Part shown: positions 10,881 to 24,359 of the stretch, piece after piece
How the letters are laid out: every line of letters begins with the position of its first letter
Numbering within the stretch: position 1 is the stretch's first letter
The notes under the pieces: generated by a model
Told to the model about the DNA's origin: nothing
Database searches by the model: none
The model's input: the letters and a program-made list of their open reading frames with translations, nothing else
Assembly (NCBI RefSeq): GCF_032444005.1
Contig: NC_091282.1
Coordinates: 1,025,356,001-1,025,420,000, forward strand
Length of the DNA: 64,000 bases
Direction: 5' to 3'
Origin: Ranitomeya imitator
Lineage: Eukaryota
Position numbers and translations under genes: made by a program

Positions 10881-11210
10881 AGGGACACTGTCACCTGAAT
10901 TTGGAGGGAACAATCTTCAGCCATGGAGGCGGGGTTTTGGGGTGTTTGATTCACCCTTTCCTTACCCGCCGGCTGCATGCTGGCTGCAATATTGGATTGA
11001 AGTTCATTCTCTGTCCTCCATAGTACACGCCTGCGCAAGGCAAGATTGCACCTTGTGCAGGCATGTACTACGGAGGACAGAGAATGAACTTTAATCCAAT
11101 ATTGCAGCCAGCATGCAGCCAGCGGGTAAGGAAAGGGTGAATCAAACACCCAAAAACCCCGCCTCCATGGCTGAAGATTGTTCCCTCCAAATTCAGGTGA
11201 CAGTGTCCCT
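10881..11210. mobile_element. T2/Kolobok-type palindromic MITE, 330 bp
   Basis: TTAA-AGGGACACTGTCACCTGAATTTGG arms of ~140 bp, near-perfect; TTAA on both sides. Confidence 0.9.
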
Positions 11211-11241
11211 TTAAGATGGATAATCAGGGTCACGGAGCAAA

Positions 11242-11279
11242 CTTCAGAAGAAGCAGAGGCGAAACGTGCATTAAGGGGG
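11242..11279 (+). ncRNA. Degenerate hammerhead ribozyme relic in a PLE-like pLTR remnant (~10720-11790)
   Basis: CTT-CAGAAGA-AGC AGAG GC-GAAA-CGTGCA-TT-AAG: core CTGAAGA with T>A, 3-bp stem I, CpG-decayed CGCGCG stem III. Confidence 0.4.
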
Positions 11280-11310
11280 ATTCACAGCGCGGTCAACCAG
11301 CATTGAACAG

Positions 11311-11605
11311 TAGTGATGGGCGAGTGTGCTCATTACTCGAGTTTTCTGATCATGCTCGGGTGTTCTCCGAGTATCTTGGGTGTGCTCGTAGATTATGTTT
11401 GTGTTCCTGCAGATGCATGATTTACGGCAGCTAGACAGCCTGAATACATGTGGAGATTCCCTAATAAACAGACAATCCCTGCATGTGTTCAGGTTGTCTA
11501 ACAGCTGCGGGGACACATACATAATGTACGAGCACGCCCAAGATACTCAGAGAACACCCGAGCATGCTCGGAAAACTCCAGTAACGCCACACTCGCTCAT
11601 CAGTA
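11311..11605. mobile_element. hAT-type MITE
   Basis: TAGTGATGGGCGAG / CTCGCTCATCAGTA TIRs; 8-bp TSD TTGAACAG. Confidence 0.85.
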
Positions 11606-14600
11606 TTGAACAGTGGTAATTATTCTGCCCAGCAGCCATATGTTTGATGTGCTATATGCCGTGCACTGTAAAAGCATCTTTATGTGCACTTTGCCCTTTA
11701 TATAAGGAAAGGGGGAAAAATTCCTTTTCTTCTGATGCATTTTAGCTTTTGCATTGTGATTAACTAGTGAGTGACTAAATATTTAAAAGTGTCTGGCACG
11801 TCGTACATCTCATGTATATAGCGGTTCCTGTGAATTTAAATATTTAAAGGGGAATTGTTCCATGATAATAACAATTTTGCACTTTATCGCACACACCATT
11901 AGGTGGTAATGTGATGATTCCTTACGCTGCTTGTATCCAGCCAAGTGCATGTACTTAGCGCTCTAGGAAGCAAGGCAGTAATGGGGGAAAGTCTCTTCCT
12001 GATTTATTAGTAATTTGCATTTCTTGATGTACACTGCTAGGCATCGCCGTATACATACGGCCATTTATGCTCTGGGCATTGGATACAGTAGTCAGGAGAT
12101 ATTTCTTTGTGTGATATTTTATAACTGTATCTGTGGAAATAAAATCATGTCTTTTCCCCCCTGCTCATATTTTATGGCTGCACCATCTTGTACTACCTCA
12201 CAACCCTTATGTTTTTAAAGTGTCATTTATGTGTAATAAAAAGAATTTTTGATTTTGAAAAAAAAAACAATTCCTTTTTTTATAGGATGATTCAGTAATG
12301 ATTTTGGAGATACTGTATGAATTCAATTCGCCCAATTATCGGATATTCATTTATTTTAGGGGTTGGCGACTGGTTTGCTTTTGATGAGCTATTGATGGGG
12401 CTCTGACTCCCAGCACCACTACGATCATGTGGTACGTGAGTTACCACCAGCCAGATGTGCACAATGTACAGTGACTAATGGCTGCTGCGGGCTTCTGCCG
12501 ATCAGCTCCTACTCACATCAATAGAAGCCTCTCTGCAGTTCCTGGCAGCAGCCACTAAACAATGGACGGCGCTGTGCTACTCTGCTCCATACACTACTTA
12601 CATCCTGCCAATGGCGGAGTGGATAACAGATGATCAGTGGGGAGCGGGTGTCAGTCCCCACCTCACCTATATGGTATTGATGACCTATCCTATGTATGCT
12701 TATTATAAAGTGTGATCTTCTTGATAGACCTGTTGAACACTAAGCTACACTTCTGTAATTTATTTTCTGGTGAGGTCCCAAAAATGTCAATAACACAAAA
12801 TAATTCAGGCCCATTTAGCCCAGGAAAATTCCCAATCCTCAATCAAAGTCATGAGAAAACCTGGACTGTGAATAGGCCTTACTACATTTTTATGAGGCAT
12901 TAATCAGTTTTCATAACAAAGACATTATTTTTTTTATTCCGTACACTTTCCAACTGTACAAATGACACAAAGAGCTATACTCATACACTCTTTAAAGTTG
13001 ATAGGCTACAGGGGTAACTTCACAACTACAGCATATGTGACCGCTGCAGCCAATCACTGGGCTCAGTGGTATTGTGATGACTACATCAACATAACCGCTG
13101 AACATCACCTAAGATTGCCAGCAGCCATATTGTGCACTGTTGTTGTGATGTTTCTGCTACAATCTGTCTGAAGCAGCCATGCACTGAATGAAGACATCAT
13201 CCAGCTGCGCTGTCTCAGACAGAAAGCGCCGGGCAGGAAGCAGGACGCCGGGATGTGTTGTTATACGTGAGTGGCGCTGTGTGTCTGTTTGCGTGCGTGT
13301 GTGTATGTGATGCGGTGCGGTGCTTTGTGTGTGAGTGTGAGAGAGTGGTGCGGTGGTGGTAGGGCTTTACATGCGGGTAGTGTTAGCTGCAGCCTGTGAC
13401 TAACGCTGCCCGCTATTAAAGTGAAATTGTATTCACTCCTCTCCACGCCCATGGTGGCGTTGAAAAGCGTGAATATTCATTTCTCTTTAGCAGCGGGGAC
13501 AGGCGTGGCTTCCTCTCACCCACTGTTGGTCCACTGGGTGGGCCCCCTTGACTTGGGGCCCCATAGCCACTGGCTGGAGGCCCGTAGAGCAGTGAGGGCC
13601 TTAGGCGGCTCCTGACCAGTATGTCAGCAGGTGTCAGTGCCTGGAGCCACCGCAGAATCCTCCGGTTCTCCAGTGGGCCAGTATGACCCTGGAAGCTTCA
13701 TTTATCATTTTTACAGCAGCCAAGCATTTGGAACAAAAAACCGAGCACCGCAGACACCCCATTGTACCAGCCTGACCCCACAGTAAGCTATATTTATCTA
13801 TGAGACAAACCCCATTTTCCCCCCAAATCTGGGTGAAAAAAAGTATGTTTTATAGTCAGAAAGATATATTACAACTGTGTTATTTCAACTGTAATGTAAT
13901 ATTTAGCTAAATCACTGTCTCCTATGAAGCCGAGCCATTGCCTGGGTTTCACAGGGGTGCCCATATGGCAGCCATGGGACTTTGATCTGGCCTCTGATTA
14001 CTAAGACAACTCATTAGCGCTCCACAACCACACTCTTAGGTGACCAATAGATGCCACTGTTACTGGAATAATACAACAATGTTATTAGTCTTGATATATG
14101 ATAAAGTGTTTTCAAGTGCAATAGCAGTAGGGCTTAAACAAACTTTATTAAGTTGGAATCACCATAATTGTCATAACCCAGAAAATAAATACACAAGATC
14201 TCATCAGACAGATTTTACAATGCCTTACTGTGCAGCACATATAAGCAACCCACCCCCAAATTAGCGCGCCACGATTTCCACAGATATCAGTTTCAATACA
14301 TTATTGACATAGAGATTAACATTATCTTGATATTTGTGACTTACATTGAAAAATAAATGGGGAAAATGTAAAACTAAAAAAAAAGCACAAATGGCCGGAT
14401 TGCTACTTTTTTTGTATTTCTCTTAACAAGTTATTTAGATGTAAATGCAATCAATACATTACATATATTCCAAAATGGTAACTTAAAAATTACAATTTGT
14501 CTCAGAACAAATAAACATTTTATAACTGTGTCAATGGAGATATGTAAAAGTCATGCCTTATGATATTCTGCAATGAAAAAAAGAAACAAAAGAGAAAATA

Positions 14601-14722
14601 GAATTAGGGCCCAAAATAGTCTGGTCACCAACGAGTAAAGGAAAACCTCCACAATAGTTGATATGATTTGTTTTAAAAAGCACATGAAGTTACCAAACAT
14701 ATAAATGTATGTGTTAGTCTAC

Positions 14723-15056
14723 CTGAGCCTCTCTGCTGGTCTTCGGTGCTCAGGATGCCTTTGGCTCTTTTGGGCAGTGGATCCTTTTCTCCTGAAGAGT
14801 TCAAGGTGTGTTTTCTCTTCTTGGCACTTTTTTTCCTCTCTCCATCCACTTGGTTCATCTTCAGATTGGAAGACATCTTCTCAGCTGATCTTGATGTTGT
14901 CCTCCTCTTCTTCCTCTTTTGGCTGCTGTTCTTCGATGTCTTCTTATCTTCATTTGATGAGACCAAAGTGGCATTTGTCCTCTTCTTTCCCTTCCTCTGT
15001 CGTCCTCTGTCTTCATTCATCTCCATCTCTTTGCTCAGTTCAGGGTTGGCAGACAT
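14723..15056 (-). CDS. Candidate first coding exon of an unidentified Lys/Arg-rich, NLS-like protein
   Basis: ATG at 15056 in GAGGAGATG context; 111 codons +1 nt open (MSANPELSKEMEMNEDRGRQRKGKKR...QKRKKRR...KKSAKKRKH...PKRAK...GSG); donor CAG|GTAGAC at 14722; promoter-like motifs upstream; non-repetitive sequence. Confidence 0.5.
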
Positions 15057-15170
15057 CTCCTCCACCGTCGCAAGTCAACTCCAACTGTCACTCTCAACTG
15101 TCAACTTCCGTTCAAGTATAATATATACACTTGCCCTGGTCATGTGACCAGTAACTGACCAATAGCTTTC
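15057..15170 (-). promoter_or_regulatory. Putative core promoter / 5'UTR of the candidate exon
   Basis: Minus strand order: ATTGG (CCAAT box), GGTCACATGACC (E-box palindrome), TATATATTATA, CGGAAGT (ETS), then ~50 nt to ATG. Confidence 0.4.
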
Positions 15171-16983
15171 TTCAGTATATTCAATGGGCATATAGATCAT
15201 CATGTTTATACATGGGTTGTATGGACTATGCTCCACTCCACTTTTTCACTTCTTCTTGTATCGTTGCTTCTTGTTCCATATAAATGGCAGTCATTTTTTA
15301 ATCCACCTTTTACACCTGAGAAACTCTTACTAAGATTTGCTGTATCTCTCAGATGCTCCTTATTAAATTGCCCCATTTGTAGCATCAGGACATGATAAGA
15401 AAGTGGAAGTTTGTATTCTGTAAATGAGAAACACCTGGCACAATTCTAAATGCCGTATGGTAAACGCCATTGATCTCATTTCTTAGAGATGAAATTTGGG
15501 ATTATAAGAAGTATTTTTACATAATAAAGCTGTGCATTATATAGACCTGTAAACCATTAGACGTTTTTAGAGTGGCTCCAAACCATTTTAGAAATGCACA
15601 GTAGCCCCAAGAGTTACATTTATAGTAGCATGCTGCCCGATTGTGTCCAGTAAGATATTGGATGTTCCATGGACACTAGACAAATCTCAGTGTCCGGCAT
15701 GCTGGGGGTCCGGCACTTCCGTTATATTCAGCTTTCCTTTTTTATTGTAGAACAAAAATATGTAAATCACTATATACTGTAGATGTGAACAGAGCATAAC
15801 AAGCAGTAAATGTCGCTCAAGCATGTTTGAGTCTGGATACCTACCATAAAGAATGGGGACATGGCTGCTTTGGGGACCATAGCGGAAATAGACTTCCTTT
15901 TCTTACCATAACACTATAGTTCGTAGATAAAGCCCACAATCAATGTGGACATATTTATGCAGAGACCATTATAAATACTTGTACAATTCATTTTCATTAA
16001 TAGCAACTGCACTCCACCACAATAATATAATTCATTAAATGTGAAAAACAGCTTAGAAATATGTAATTATTCTGCACATTTTAGACATAAAACCGAATTG
16101 TGTTCATTAACCTGAAACAAGTTGTAATTCTCTATAATGGTATAGAGCAATGATTTATATATATGTTCATTTTCAATGAGGCATGCACAAGTTAATATTT
16201 AGGCTTTAAATTTCCAAAATCACATTGTTTTCTCATTATAGTGGACACATATATTTATTTTGTTGTGTCAGTATAACTCATGATTATATCTGACCCTTTT
16301 TGCACATATCACACCCAAAGGATATTCCTTCAGGTTGTATTTACCCTCAGATTGCATTTGGATCCGTCCTTCTGTAGTTTTACTGCTCTGCTCAATCATG
16401 CAGAGTGCAGCCTCTCTCAGCTGGGTTTCTTGTATCATAGCTCTGCTATTCCCCCAGCTCTGACAGAAGATAATCCTCGGCCATATGCATCAACAAAGTG
16501 GCATTTCCAGTTTAACATCACTGATTTGTCCACTTCAGGCTTTAAACACAGCTCAGCCCTGTTTTCCTCAGCTCTGCACTGCATAGTTGAGCTCTGCTGG
16601 AAACCAGACCACACAGTAATGATGTAAAAACACAAATGTAGATGGTAAAGGGTTAATTCAGCTGTGTACAGGGCCGTAAAGTGCACAGAAGAAAAGCAAG
16701 AATTGTACACTCAGATTAGGTTGATAATATGACAAATATCTGTGGTGGATACAGCTGAGCTGAGAATAACAGAGCGGATACATTTATCAGTCAGCCGGAT
16801 TCAGCACAAATCTGAGGCCATGTTCACACGTTCCTGATTTCCCTGCTGTTTTTTCTGCACTAAAAACCGCATCTCTTGGCAGAAAACGCAGGTGCGTTTT
16901 TTGGTGCGTTTTTTGATGCGGTTTTTGATGCGGTTTTTAGTGCAGTTTCTGTGTGTTTTCTAGGAAGTTTTTTTAGGGTTAAA

Positions 16984-17180
16984 NNNNNNNNNNNNNNNNN
17001 NNNNNNNNNNNNNNNNNNNNNNNNNNNNNNNNNNNNNNNNNNNNNNNNNNNNNNNNNNNNNNNNNNNNNNNNNNNNNNNNNNNNNNNNNNNNNNNNNNNN
17101 NNNNNNNNNNNNNNNNNNNNNNNNNNNNNNNNNNNNNNNNNNNNNNNNNNNNNNNNNNNNNNNNNNNNNNNNNNNNNNNN
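16984..17180. other. Assembly gap (N run)
   Basis: Ns in the sequence. Confidence 1.
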
Positions 17181-17263
17181 AGTTCTAACTGTAGTGGGGG
17201 AAAAAAAAATTCTTTTTACTTTTATTATTGTTACTACCTATGGGGGTGATAAAGGGGGGGGGG

Positions 17264-18079
17264 TGTTGTGAATTCTGTGGCAGAGCTCCCTCCTGTGGCC
17301 ACAAGTGGTATTTCGGCTGGTTCTCTCTGTGAGCTTCCGTTGGTGGAAGGAAGTGGTACTGCGGCTTCTGAGTCTCCTTCCTCAGGTGATGTGGTGATGT
17401 CGTTAGAAGTTTCCTATTTAACTCCACCTAGTGCTTTAATCCTGGCCTCCTGACAATGTTCTAGTGTGGGTCTAGCTTCCTCCTGGATCGTTCCTGTGGC
17501 CTGCTGCTCTGCATAAGCTAAGTTGTGCTTGTGTTATTTTTTGGTTTGCTGTTTTTTCTGTCCAGCGTGCTCTTTTTGTTTTTGTTGCTTGCTGGAAGCT
17601 CTGGGACGCAGAGGGTGTACCTCCGTGCCATTAATTCGGTATGGAGGGTCTTTTTGCCCCCTCTGCGTGGTTGTTAGTAGGGTTTTGTGTTGACCGCAAA
17701 GTTACCTTTCCTATCTTCGGTCTATTCAGAATATCGGGCCTCACTTTGCTAAATCTGTTTCAGCTCTACGTTTGTCTTTTCATCTCACTCACAGTCATTC
17801 TATGTGGGGGCTGCCTTTTCCTTTGGGGAATTTCTTTGAGGCAAGTTAGGCTTGTTTTCCTCTTAGGCCTAGCTAGTTTCTCAGGCTGTGCCGAGTTGCA
17901 TAGGTAGCGTTAGGCGCAATCCACGTCCGCCTTTAGTTGTGGTATGATAGTATAGGGATTGCGGTCAGCAGAGTTCCCACGTCTCAGAGCTCGTCCTATG
18001 TTTTGGGGTTATTGTCAGGTCACTATTTGTGCTCTGAACTTCAACATCCATTGTGGTTCTGAATTACCATTTCATGACA
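17264..18079 (+). repeat. 5' LTR of element A
   Basis: TGTTGTGAATTC...TCATGACA; TATTTAA at 17415; about 11 differences from the 3' LTR counted by eye. Confidence 0.95.
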
Positions 18080-18218
18080 GTACAGGAGGCCAAAGTACTA
18101 ATGATTCTCAATAGAGGGAAAAAAGAAGTTCTGAGACCATTTTTTTTTTCTCTGCACTGTGTTCTGCCTTTTTTTTTTTCCCCTAGACATTTGGGTGGTT
18201 CAGGACACAGGTGTTGCA

Positions 18219-21200
18219 ATGGACATTAAAGGTCTGTCTTCATGTGTGGATAATCTCACTGCACGTATTCAAAAGATTCAAGACATTATTGATCAGAAAT
18301 CTATGTTAGAACCGAGAATCCCTATTCCTGATTTGTTTTTTGGAGATAGAAATAAATTTCTGAGTTTCAAAAATAATTGTAAACTTTTTCTGGCTTTGAA
18401 ACCTCGTTCTTCTGGTGATCCAGTTCAACAAGTTAGGATCGTTATTTCTTTTTTGCGTGGCGATCCTCAGGACTGGGCATTTTTTCCTTGTGGCAGGGGA
18501 TCCTGCATTAAGTAATATCGATGCATTTTTCCTGGCGCTCGGATTGCTGTACGATGAGCCTAATTCTGTGGATCAGGCAGAGAAGAATTTGCTGGCTCTG
18601 TGCCAGGGTCAGGATGAAATAGAAGTATATTGTCAGAAATTTAGAAAGTGGTCCGTACTCACTCAATGGAATGAAGGTGCGCTTGCAGCGATTTTCAGGA
18701 GGGGTCTCTCTGAAGCCCTTAAGGATGTCATGGTGGGATTTCCCATGCCTGCTGGTCAGAATGAGTCTATGTCTTTGGCTATTCAGATCGGTCGACGCTT
18801 GCGCGAGCGTAAATCTGTGCACCATTTGGCGGTATTACCTGAGCTTAAACCTGAGCCTATGCAGTGCGATAGGACTTTGACTAGAGTGGAACGGCAAGAA
18901 CACAGACGTCAAAATGGGCTGTGTTTCTACTGTGGTGATTCCACTCATGCTATCTCTGATTGTCCTAAACGCACTAGGCGGTTCGCTAGGTCTGCCACCA
19001 TTGGTATGGTACAGTCAAAATTTCTTCTGTCTGTTACCTTGATCTGCTCTTTGTCATCGTATTCTGTCATGGCATTTGTGGACTCAGGCGCTGCCCTGAA
19101 TTTGATGGACTTGGAGTATGCTAGGCGTTGTGGGTTTGTCTTGGAGCCCTTGCAATGTCCTATTCCACTGAGAGGAATTGATGCTACGCCTTTGGCCAAG
19201 AATAAGCCTCAGTAATGGACCCAGCTGACCATGTGCATGGCTCCTGCACATCAGGAGGTTATTCGCTTTCTGGTGTTGCATAATCTGCATGATGTGGTCT
19301 TTGTCCAGCTGGGGTTGTCAGGGGATACATGGTGATGTCCCATTTCTGAATATTTCATCATCCACCCCTTCTGAGGTTCCTGAGTTCTTGTCTGATTACC
19401 GGGATGTATTTGAGGAGCCCAAGTCCGATGCCCTACCTCCGCATAGGGATTGTGATTGTGCTATCAATTTGATTCCTGGTAGTAAATTCCCAAAAGGTCG
19501 ACTGTTTAATTTATCTGTGCCTGAGCACGCCGCTATGCGGAGTTATGTGAAGGAGTCTTTGGAGAAGGGGCATATTCGCCCGTCATCGTCGCCATTGGGA
19601 GCAGGGTTCTTTTTTGTAGCCAAGAAGGATGGTTCACTAAGACCTTGTATAGATTATCGCCTTCTTAATAACATCACGGTTAAATTTCAGTACCCCTTGC
19701 CATTGTTATCTGATTTATTTGCTCGGATTAAGGGGGCTAGTTGGTTTACCAAGATAGATCTCCGTGGTGCGTATAATCTTGTGCGTATTAAGCGAGGCGA
19801 TGAATGCAAAACTGCATTTAATACGCCCGAGGGTCATTTTGAGTACCTAGTCATGCCATTCGGACTTGCCAATGCTCCATCAGTGTTTCAGTCCTTTATG
19901 CATGACATCTTCCGAGAGTACCTGGATAAATTCCTGATTGTATACTTGGATGATATTTTGGTCTTCTCGGATGATTGGGAGTCTCATGTGAAGCAGGTCA
20001 GAATGGTGTTCCAGGTCCTGCGTGCTAATTCTTTGTTTGTGAAGGGATCAAAGTGTCTCTTCGGTGTTCAGAAGGTTTCATTTTTGGGGTTCATTTTTTC
20101 CCCTTCTACTATCGAGATGGACCCTGTTAAAGTCCAGGCCATCCATGATTGGACTCAGCCGACATCTCTGAAGAGTCTGCAAAAGTTCCTGGGCTTTGCT
20201 AATTTTTATCGTCGCTTCATCTGCAACTTTTCTAGTATTGCTAAACCATTGACCGATTTGACCAAGAAGGGTGCTGATGTGGTCAATTGGCCTTCTGCTG
20301 CCGTGGAAGCTTTTCAAGAGTTGAAGCGTCGTTTTTCTTCTGCCCCTGTGTTGTGTCAGCCAGATGTCTCGCTTCCGTTCCAGGTCGAGGTTGATGCTTC
20401 TGAAATTGGAGCGGGGGCTGTTTTGTCGCAGAGAAGTTCTGATTGCTCAGTGATGAAACCATGCGCCTTCTTTTCCAGGAAGTTTTCGCCTGCTGAGCGA
20501 AATTATGATGTTGGCAATCGAGAGTTGCTGGCCATGAAGTGGGCATTCGAGGAGTGGCGTCATTGGCTTGAAGGAGCTAAGCATCGCGTGGTGGTCTTGA
20601 CTGATCACAAGAATCTGACTTATCTCGAGTCTGCCAAATGATTGAATCCTAGACAGGCTCGTTGGTCGTTGTTTTTCTCTCGTTTTAACTTTGTGGTTTC
20701 TTACCTTCCGGGCTCTAAAAATGTGAAGGCGGATGCCCTGTCTAGGAGTTTTGTGCCCGACTCTCCGGGTTTATCTGAGCCGGAGGGTGTTCTCAAAGAG
20801 GGAGTAATTGTGTCTGCCATCTCCCCTGATTTGCGACGGGTGCTGCAAAAATTTCAGGCTAATAAACCTGATCGTTGCCCAGCGGAGAAACTGTTTGTCC
20901 CTGATAGGTGGACGAATAAAGTTATCTCTGAGGTTCATTGTTCGGTGTTGGCTGGTCATCCTGGAATCTTTGGTACCAGAGAGTTAGTGGCTAGATCCTT
21001 TTGGTGGCCATCGCTGTCGTGGGATGTGCGTTCTTTTGTGCAGTCCTGTGGGATTTGTGCTCGGGCTAAGCCCTGCTGTTCTCGTGCCAGTGGGTTGCTT
21101 TTGCCCTTGCCGGTTCCGAAGAGGCCTTGGACACATATCTCGATGGATTTTATTTCAGATCTTCCCGTCTCTCAAAAAATGTCAGTCATTTGGGTTGTAT

Positions 21201-22571
21201 GTGATCGCTTCTCTTAGGCTACGTTCACATTAGCGTTAAGCTAATGTGCGTCGCTGCTGCGTCGGCGATGCAGCAGCGACGCAGCGGCGACGCACGCGTC
21301 ATGCGCCCCTATGTTTAACATGGGGGACGTATGCGTTTTTGTTTGTTGCGTTTTGCGACACTTGCGTCTTTTTTGCCGCAAGCGTCGGACCAAGAAAACG
21401 CAACAAAGTTGCATTTTTCTTGCGTCCGATTTTCGGCAAAAAACGACGCACGCGTCGCAAAACGCAGCGTTTTTGCGTGCGTTTTGCCGCGTTTTTGCGT
21501 GCGTTGTGCGTTGCGTCGCCGATGCAGCGGCGCACAACGTTAGTCTGAACGTAGCCTAAGATGGTCCATTTGGTACCCTTGCCTAAGTTGCCTTCCTCCT
21601 CTGATTTGGTGCCATTGTTCTTCAAGCATGTGGTTCGTTTGCATGGCATTCCAGAGAATATCGTTTCTGACAGAGGTTCCCAGTTTGTTTCGAGGTTTTG
21701 GAGAGCCTTTTGTGCTAGGATGGGCATTGACTTGTCTTTTTCCTCGGCTTTCCATCCTCAGACTAATGGCCAGACCGAACAAACCAATCAGACCTTGGAG
21801 ACATATCTGAGATGCTTTGTTTCTGCTGATCAGGATGACTGGGTGTCTTTTTTGCCTTTGGCTGAGTTCGCCCTTAATAATCGGGCCAGTTCGGCTACCT
21901 TGGTTTCGCCGTTCTTCTGCAACTCTGGGTTCCATCCTCGGTTCTCGTCTGGGCAGGTTGAGTCTTCGGACTGTCCTGGTGTGGATACTGTGGTGGACAG
22001 GTTGCAGCAGATTTGGACTCATGTAATGGACAATTTGACCTTGTCCCAGGAGAAGGCTCAACGTTTTGCTAATCGCAGACGCTGTGTGGGTCCCTGACTT
22101 CATGTTGGGGATTTGGTTTGGTTGTCTTCTCGTCATATTCCTATGAAGGTTTCCTCTCCTAAATTTAAGCCTCGTTTCATTGGTCCGTATAGGATTTCTG
22201 AGGTTCTTAATCCTGTGTCTTTTCGTTTGACCCTTCCTGAGTCTTTTTCCATCCATAACGTGTTCCATAGGTCATTGTTGCGGAGATAGGTGGCACCTAT
22301 GGTTCCATCGGTTGATCCTCCTGCCCCGGTTTTGGTGGAGGGGGAGTTGGAGTATATTGTGGAGAAGATTTTGGATTCTCGGGCTTCAAGGCGGAAACTC
22401 CAGTATCTGGTTAAGTGGAAGGGTTATGCTCAGGAAGATAATTCCTGGGTCTTTGCCTCTGATGTCCATGCTCCCGATCTGGTTCGTGCCTTTCATATGG
22501 CTCATCCTGGTCGTCCTGGGAGCTCTGGTGAGGGTTCGGTGACCCCTCCTCAAGGGGGGGTACTGTTGTGA
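18219..22571 (+). pseudogene. gag-pol of element A (frameshifts, stops, ~58-bp deletion, MITE insertion)
   Basis: CFYCGDSTHAISDC, FVDSGA, YLDD, VDAS, HPG..C..C, MDFI, and chromodomain EYIVEKILDSR..YLVKWKGY are split across several ORFs. Confidence 0.95.
21217..21556. mobile_element. Harbinger-type MITE inserted in the integrase of element A
   Basis: TIR GGCTACGTTCA / TGAACGTAGCC, TTA/TAA flanks; absent at the same site in element B (cgcttttc-taa-gatggtcc). Confidence 0.9.
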
Positions 22572-23379
22572 ATTCTGTGGCAGAGCTCCCTCCTGTGGCC
22601 ACAAGTGGTATTCCGGCTGGTTCTCTCTGTGAGCTTCCGTTGGTGGAAGGAAGTGGTACTGCGGCTAATGAGTCTCCTTCCTCAGATGATGTGGTGATGT
22701 CGTTAGAAGTTTCCTATTTAACTCCACCTAGTGCTTTAATCCTGGCCTCCTGACAATGTTCTAGTGTGGGTCTAGCTTCCTCCTGGATCGTTCCTGTGGC
22801 CTGCTGCTCTGCATAAGCTAAGTTGTGCTTGTGTTATTTTTTGGTTTGCTGTTTTTTCTGTCCAGCGTGCTCTTTTTGTTTTTGTTGCTTGCTGGAAGCT
22901 CTGGGACGCAGAGGGTGTACCTCCGTGCCGTTAGTTCGGTACGGAGGGTCTTTTTGCCCCCTCTGCGTGGTTGTTAGTAGGGTTTTGTGTTGACCGCAAA
23001 GTTACCTTTCCTATCTTCGGTCTATTCAGAATATCGGGCCTCACTTTGCTAAATCTGTTTCATCTCTACGTTTGTCTTTTCATCTCACTCACAGTCATTC
23101 TATGTGGGGGCTGCCTTTTCCTTTGGGGAATTTCTTTGAGGCAAGTTAGGCTTGTTTTCCTCTTAGGCCTAGCTAGTTTCTCAGGCTGTGCCGAGTTGCA
23201 TAGGTAGCGTTAGGCGCAATCCACGTCCGCCTTTAGTTGTGGTATGATAGTATAGGGATTGCGGTTAGCAGAGTTCCCACGTCTCAGAGCTCGTCCTATG
23301 TTTTGGGGATATTGTCAGGTCACTATTTGTGCTCTGAACTTCAACATCCATTGTGGTTCTGAATTACCATTTCATGACG
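22564..23379 (+). repeat. 3' LTR of element A
   Basis: Direct repeat of 17264-18079; terminal A reads G. Confidence 0.95.
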
Positions 23380-24359
23380 GGGGGGCATTTACCTTTTTTT
23401 TATTTTGATCACTGTGAGGTTATCACAGTGATCAAAATGTGCCTGGAACGAATCTGCCGGCCGGCAGATTCGGCGGGCGCACTGCGCATGCGCCCGCCAT
23501 TTTGGAAGATGGCGGCGCCCAGGGAGAAGACGGCCGGACGGACACCGGGAGGCCCTGTAAGTATAAGGGGGGGAGATTAGGGCCCGGGGGGGGCGTCGGA
23601 GCACGGGGTGGCATCGGAGCATGGGGGGGTGGGATTGGAGCACGGGGGGGGGCAGCCACACTGCAGCGGTTCTGCACCACAAACCGCAGAAAACCTGCAG
23701 ATATTTTTTTCGTCTGCGGGTTTTACTGCGGGTTTGAACTCACAATGGAGGTCAATGGGTGCAGAACCGCTGCAGTTCCGCAAAAAGAAGTGACATGGTA
23801 CTTCTTTTTTACCGCAGCTATTCAGCGCGGCTTTTTTTTGGATTTTCCGCAATGTGGGCACAGCAGTTCCTGTTTTCCATAGGGTACATTGTAATGTACC
23901 CTGCATGGAAAACAGCTGCGGACCCGCAGCGGGAAAATCGCGGCGGTTCAGCATTAAAAAAAGGATGGTGTGAACATGGCCTGAATAATCAACTCAGAGA
24001 AGTGCGGCTTGTCAGGAGCTCACAAGAGAAAGAGGAAGGAGTTGGCAGCTGCCATGGATTTTTATTTTTTAGGAGAGATATTAGTACATATCATGACAAT
24101 CGGTGGACTCTGTAGATCTACCTTCATGTGTTGTTCCAGCGTTCCTGATAATAAATCTGCTGAATCATCCCTCGGCCTGTTGTCCCTTCTTGCTCTGCCG
24201 TACACCCCGTCACAATATTATATTGGGCTTAGTCAGTATATTAGTATTTTTATTAAGTATGCACTGCGATTTGTGAAAAATAATTTGACTGTGAGAACAA
24301 CCTTTTAGTTCTGGTATGGGTTTTGCATCCAACATTTTTCTAAGGTAAAGGATCATGAC

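Larger units (their letters stand above)
17264..23379 (+). mobile_element. Full-length Ty3/Gypsy chromovirus-type LTR retrotransposon A (defective)
   Basis: Two 816-bp LTRs; gag, CCHC knuckle, PR, RT, RNase H, IN and chromodomain in order; PPT AAGGGGGGG before the 3' LTR; inserted into a G run. Confidence 0.97.
16816..23981. mobile_element. Harbinger-type MITE hosting Gypsy element A
   Basis: TIR GGCCATGTTCACAC / GTGTGAACATGGCC with TGA TSD on both sides; the two halves flank the LTR element. Confidence 0.8.

Noticed and set aside
11926-12130. Minus-strand segment with good acceptor and donor, phase-compatible with the 14723 exon; another frame reads CIQCPEHKWP (V2R-like)
   Set aside because: All three frames contain stops; the V2R-like motif lacks its flanking context.
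24050-24220. Possible truncated solo LTR on the minus strand (TGTGACGGGGTGTACGG...)
   Set aside because: No second LTR, CA end or TSD visible; recognised only by resemblance.
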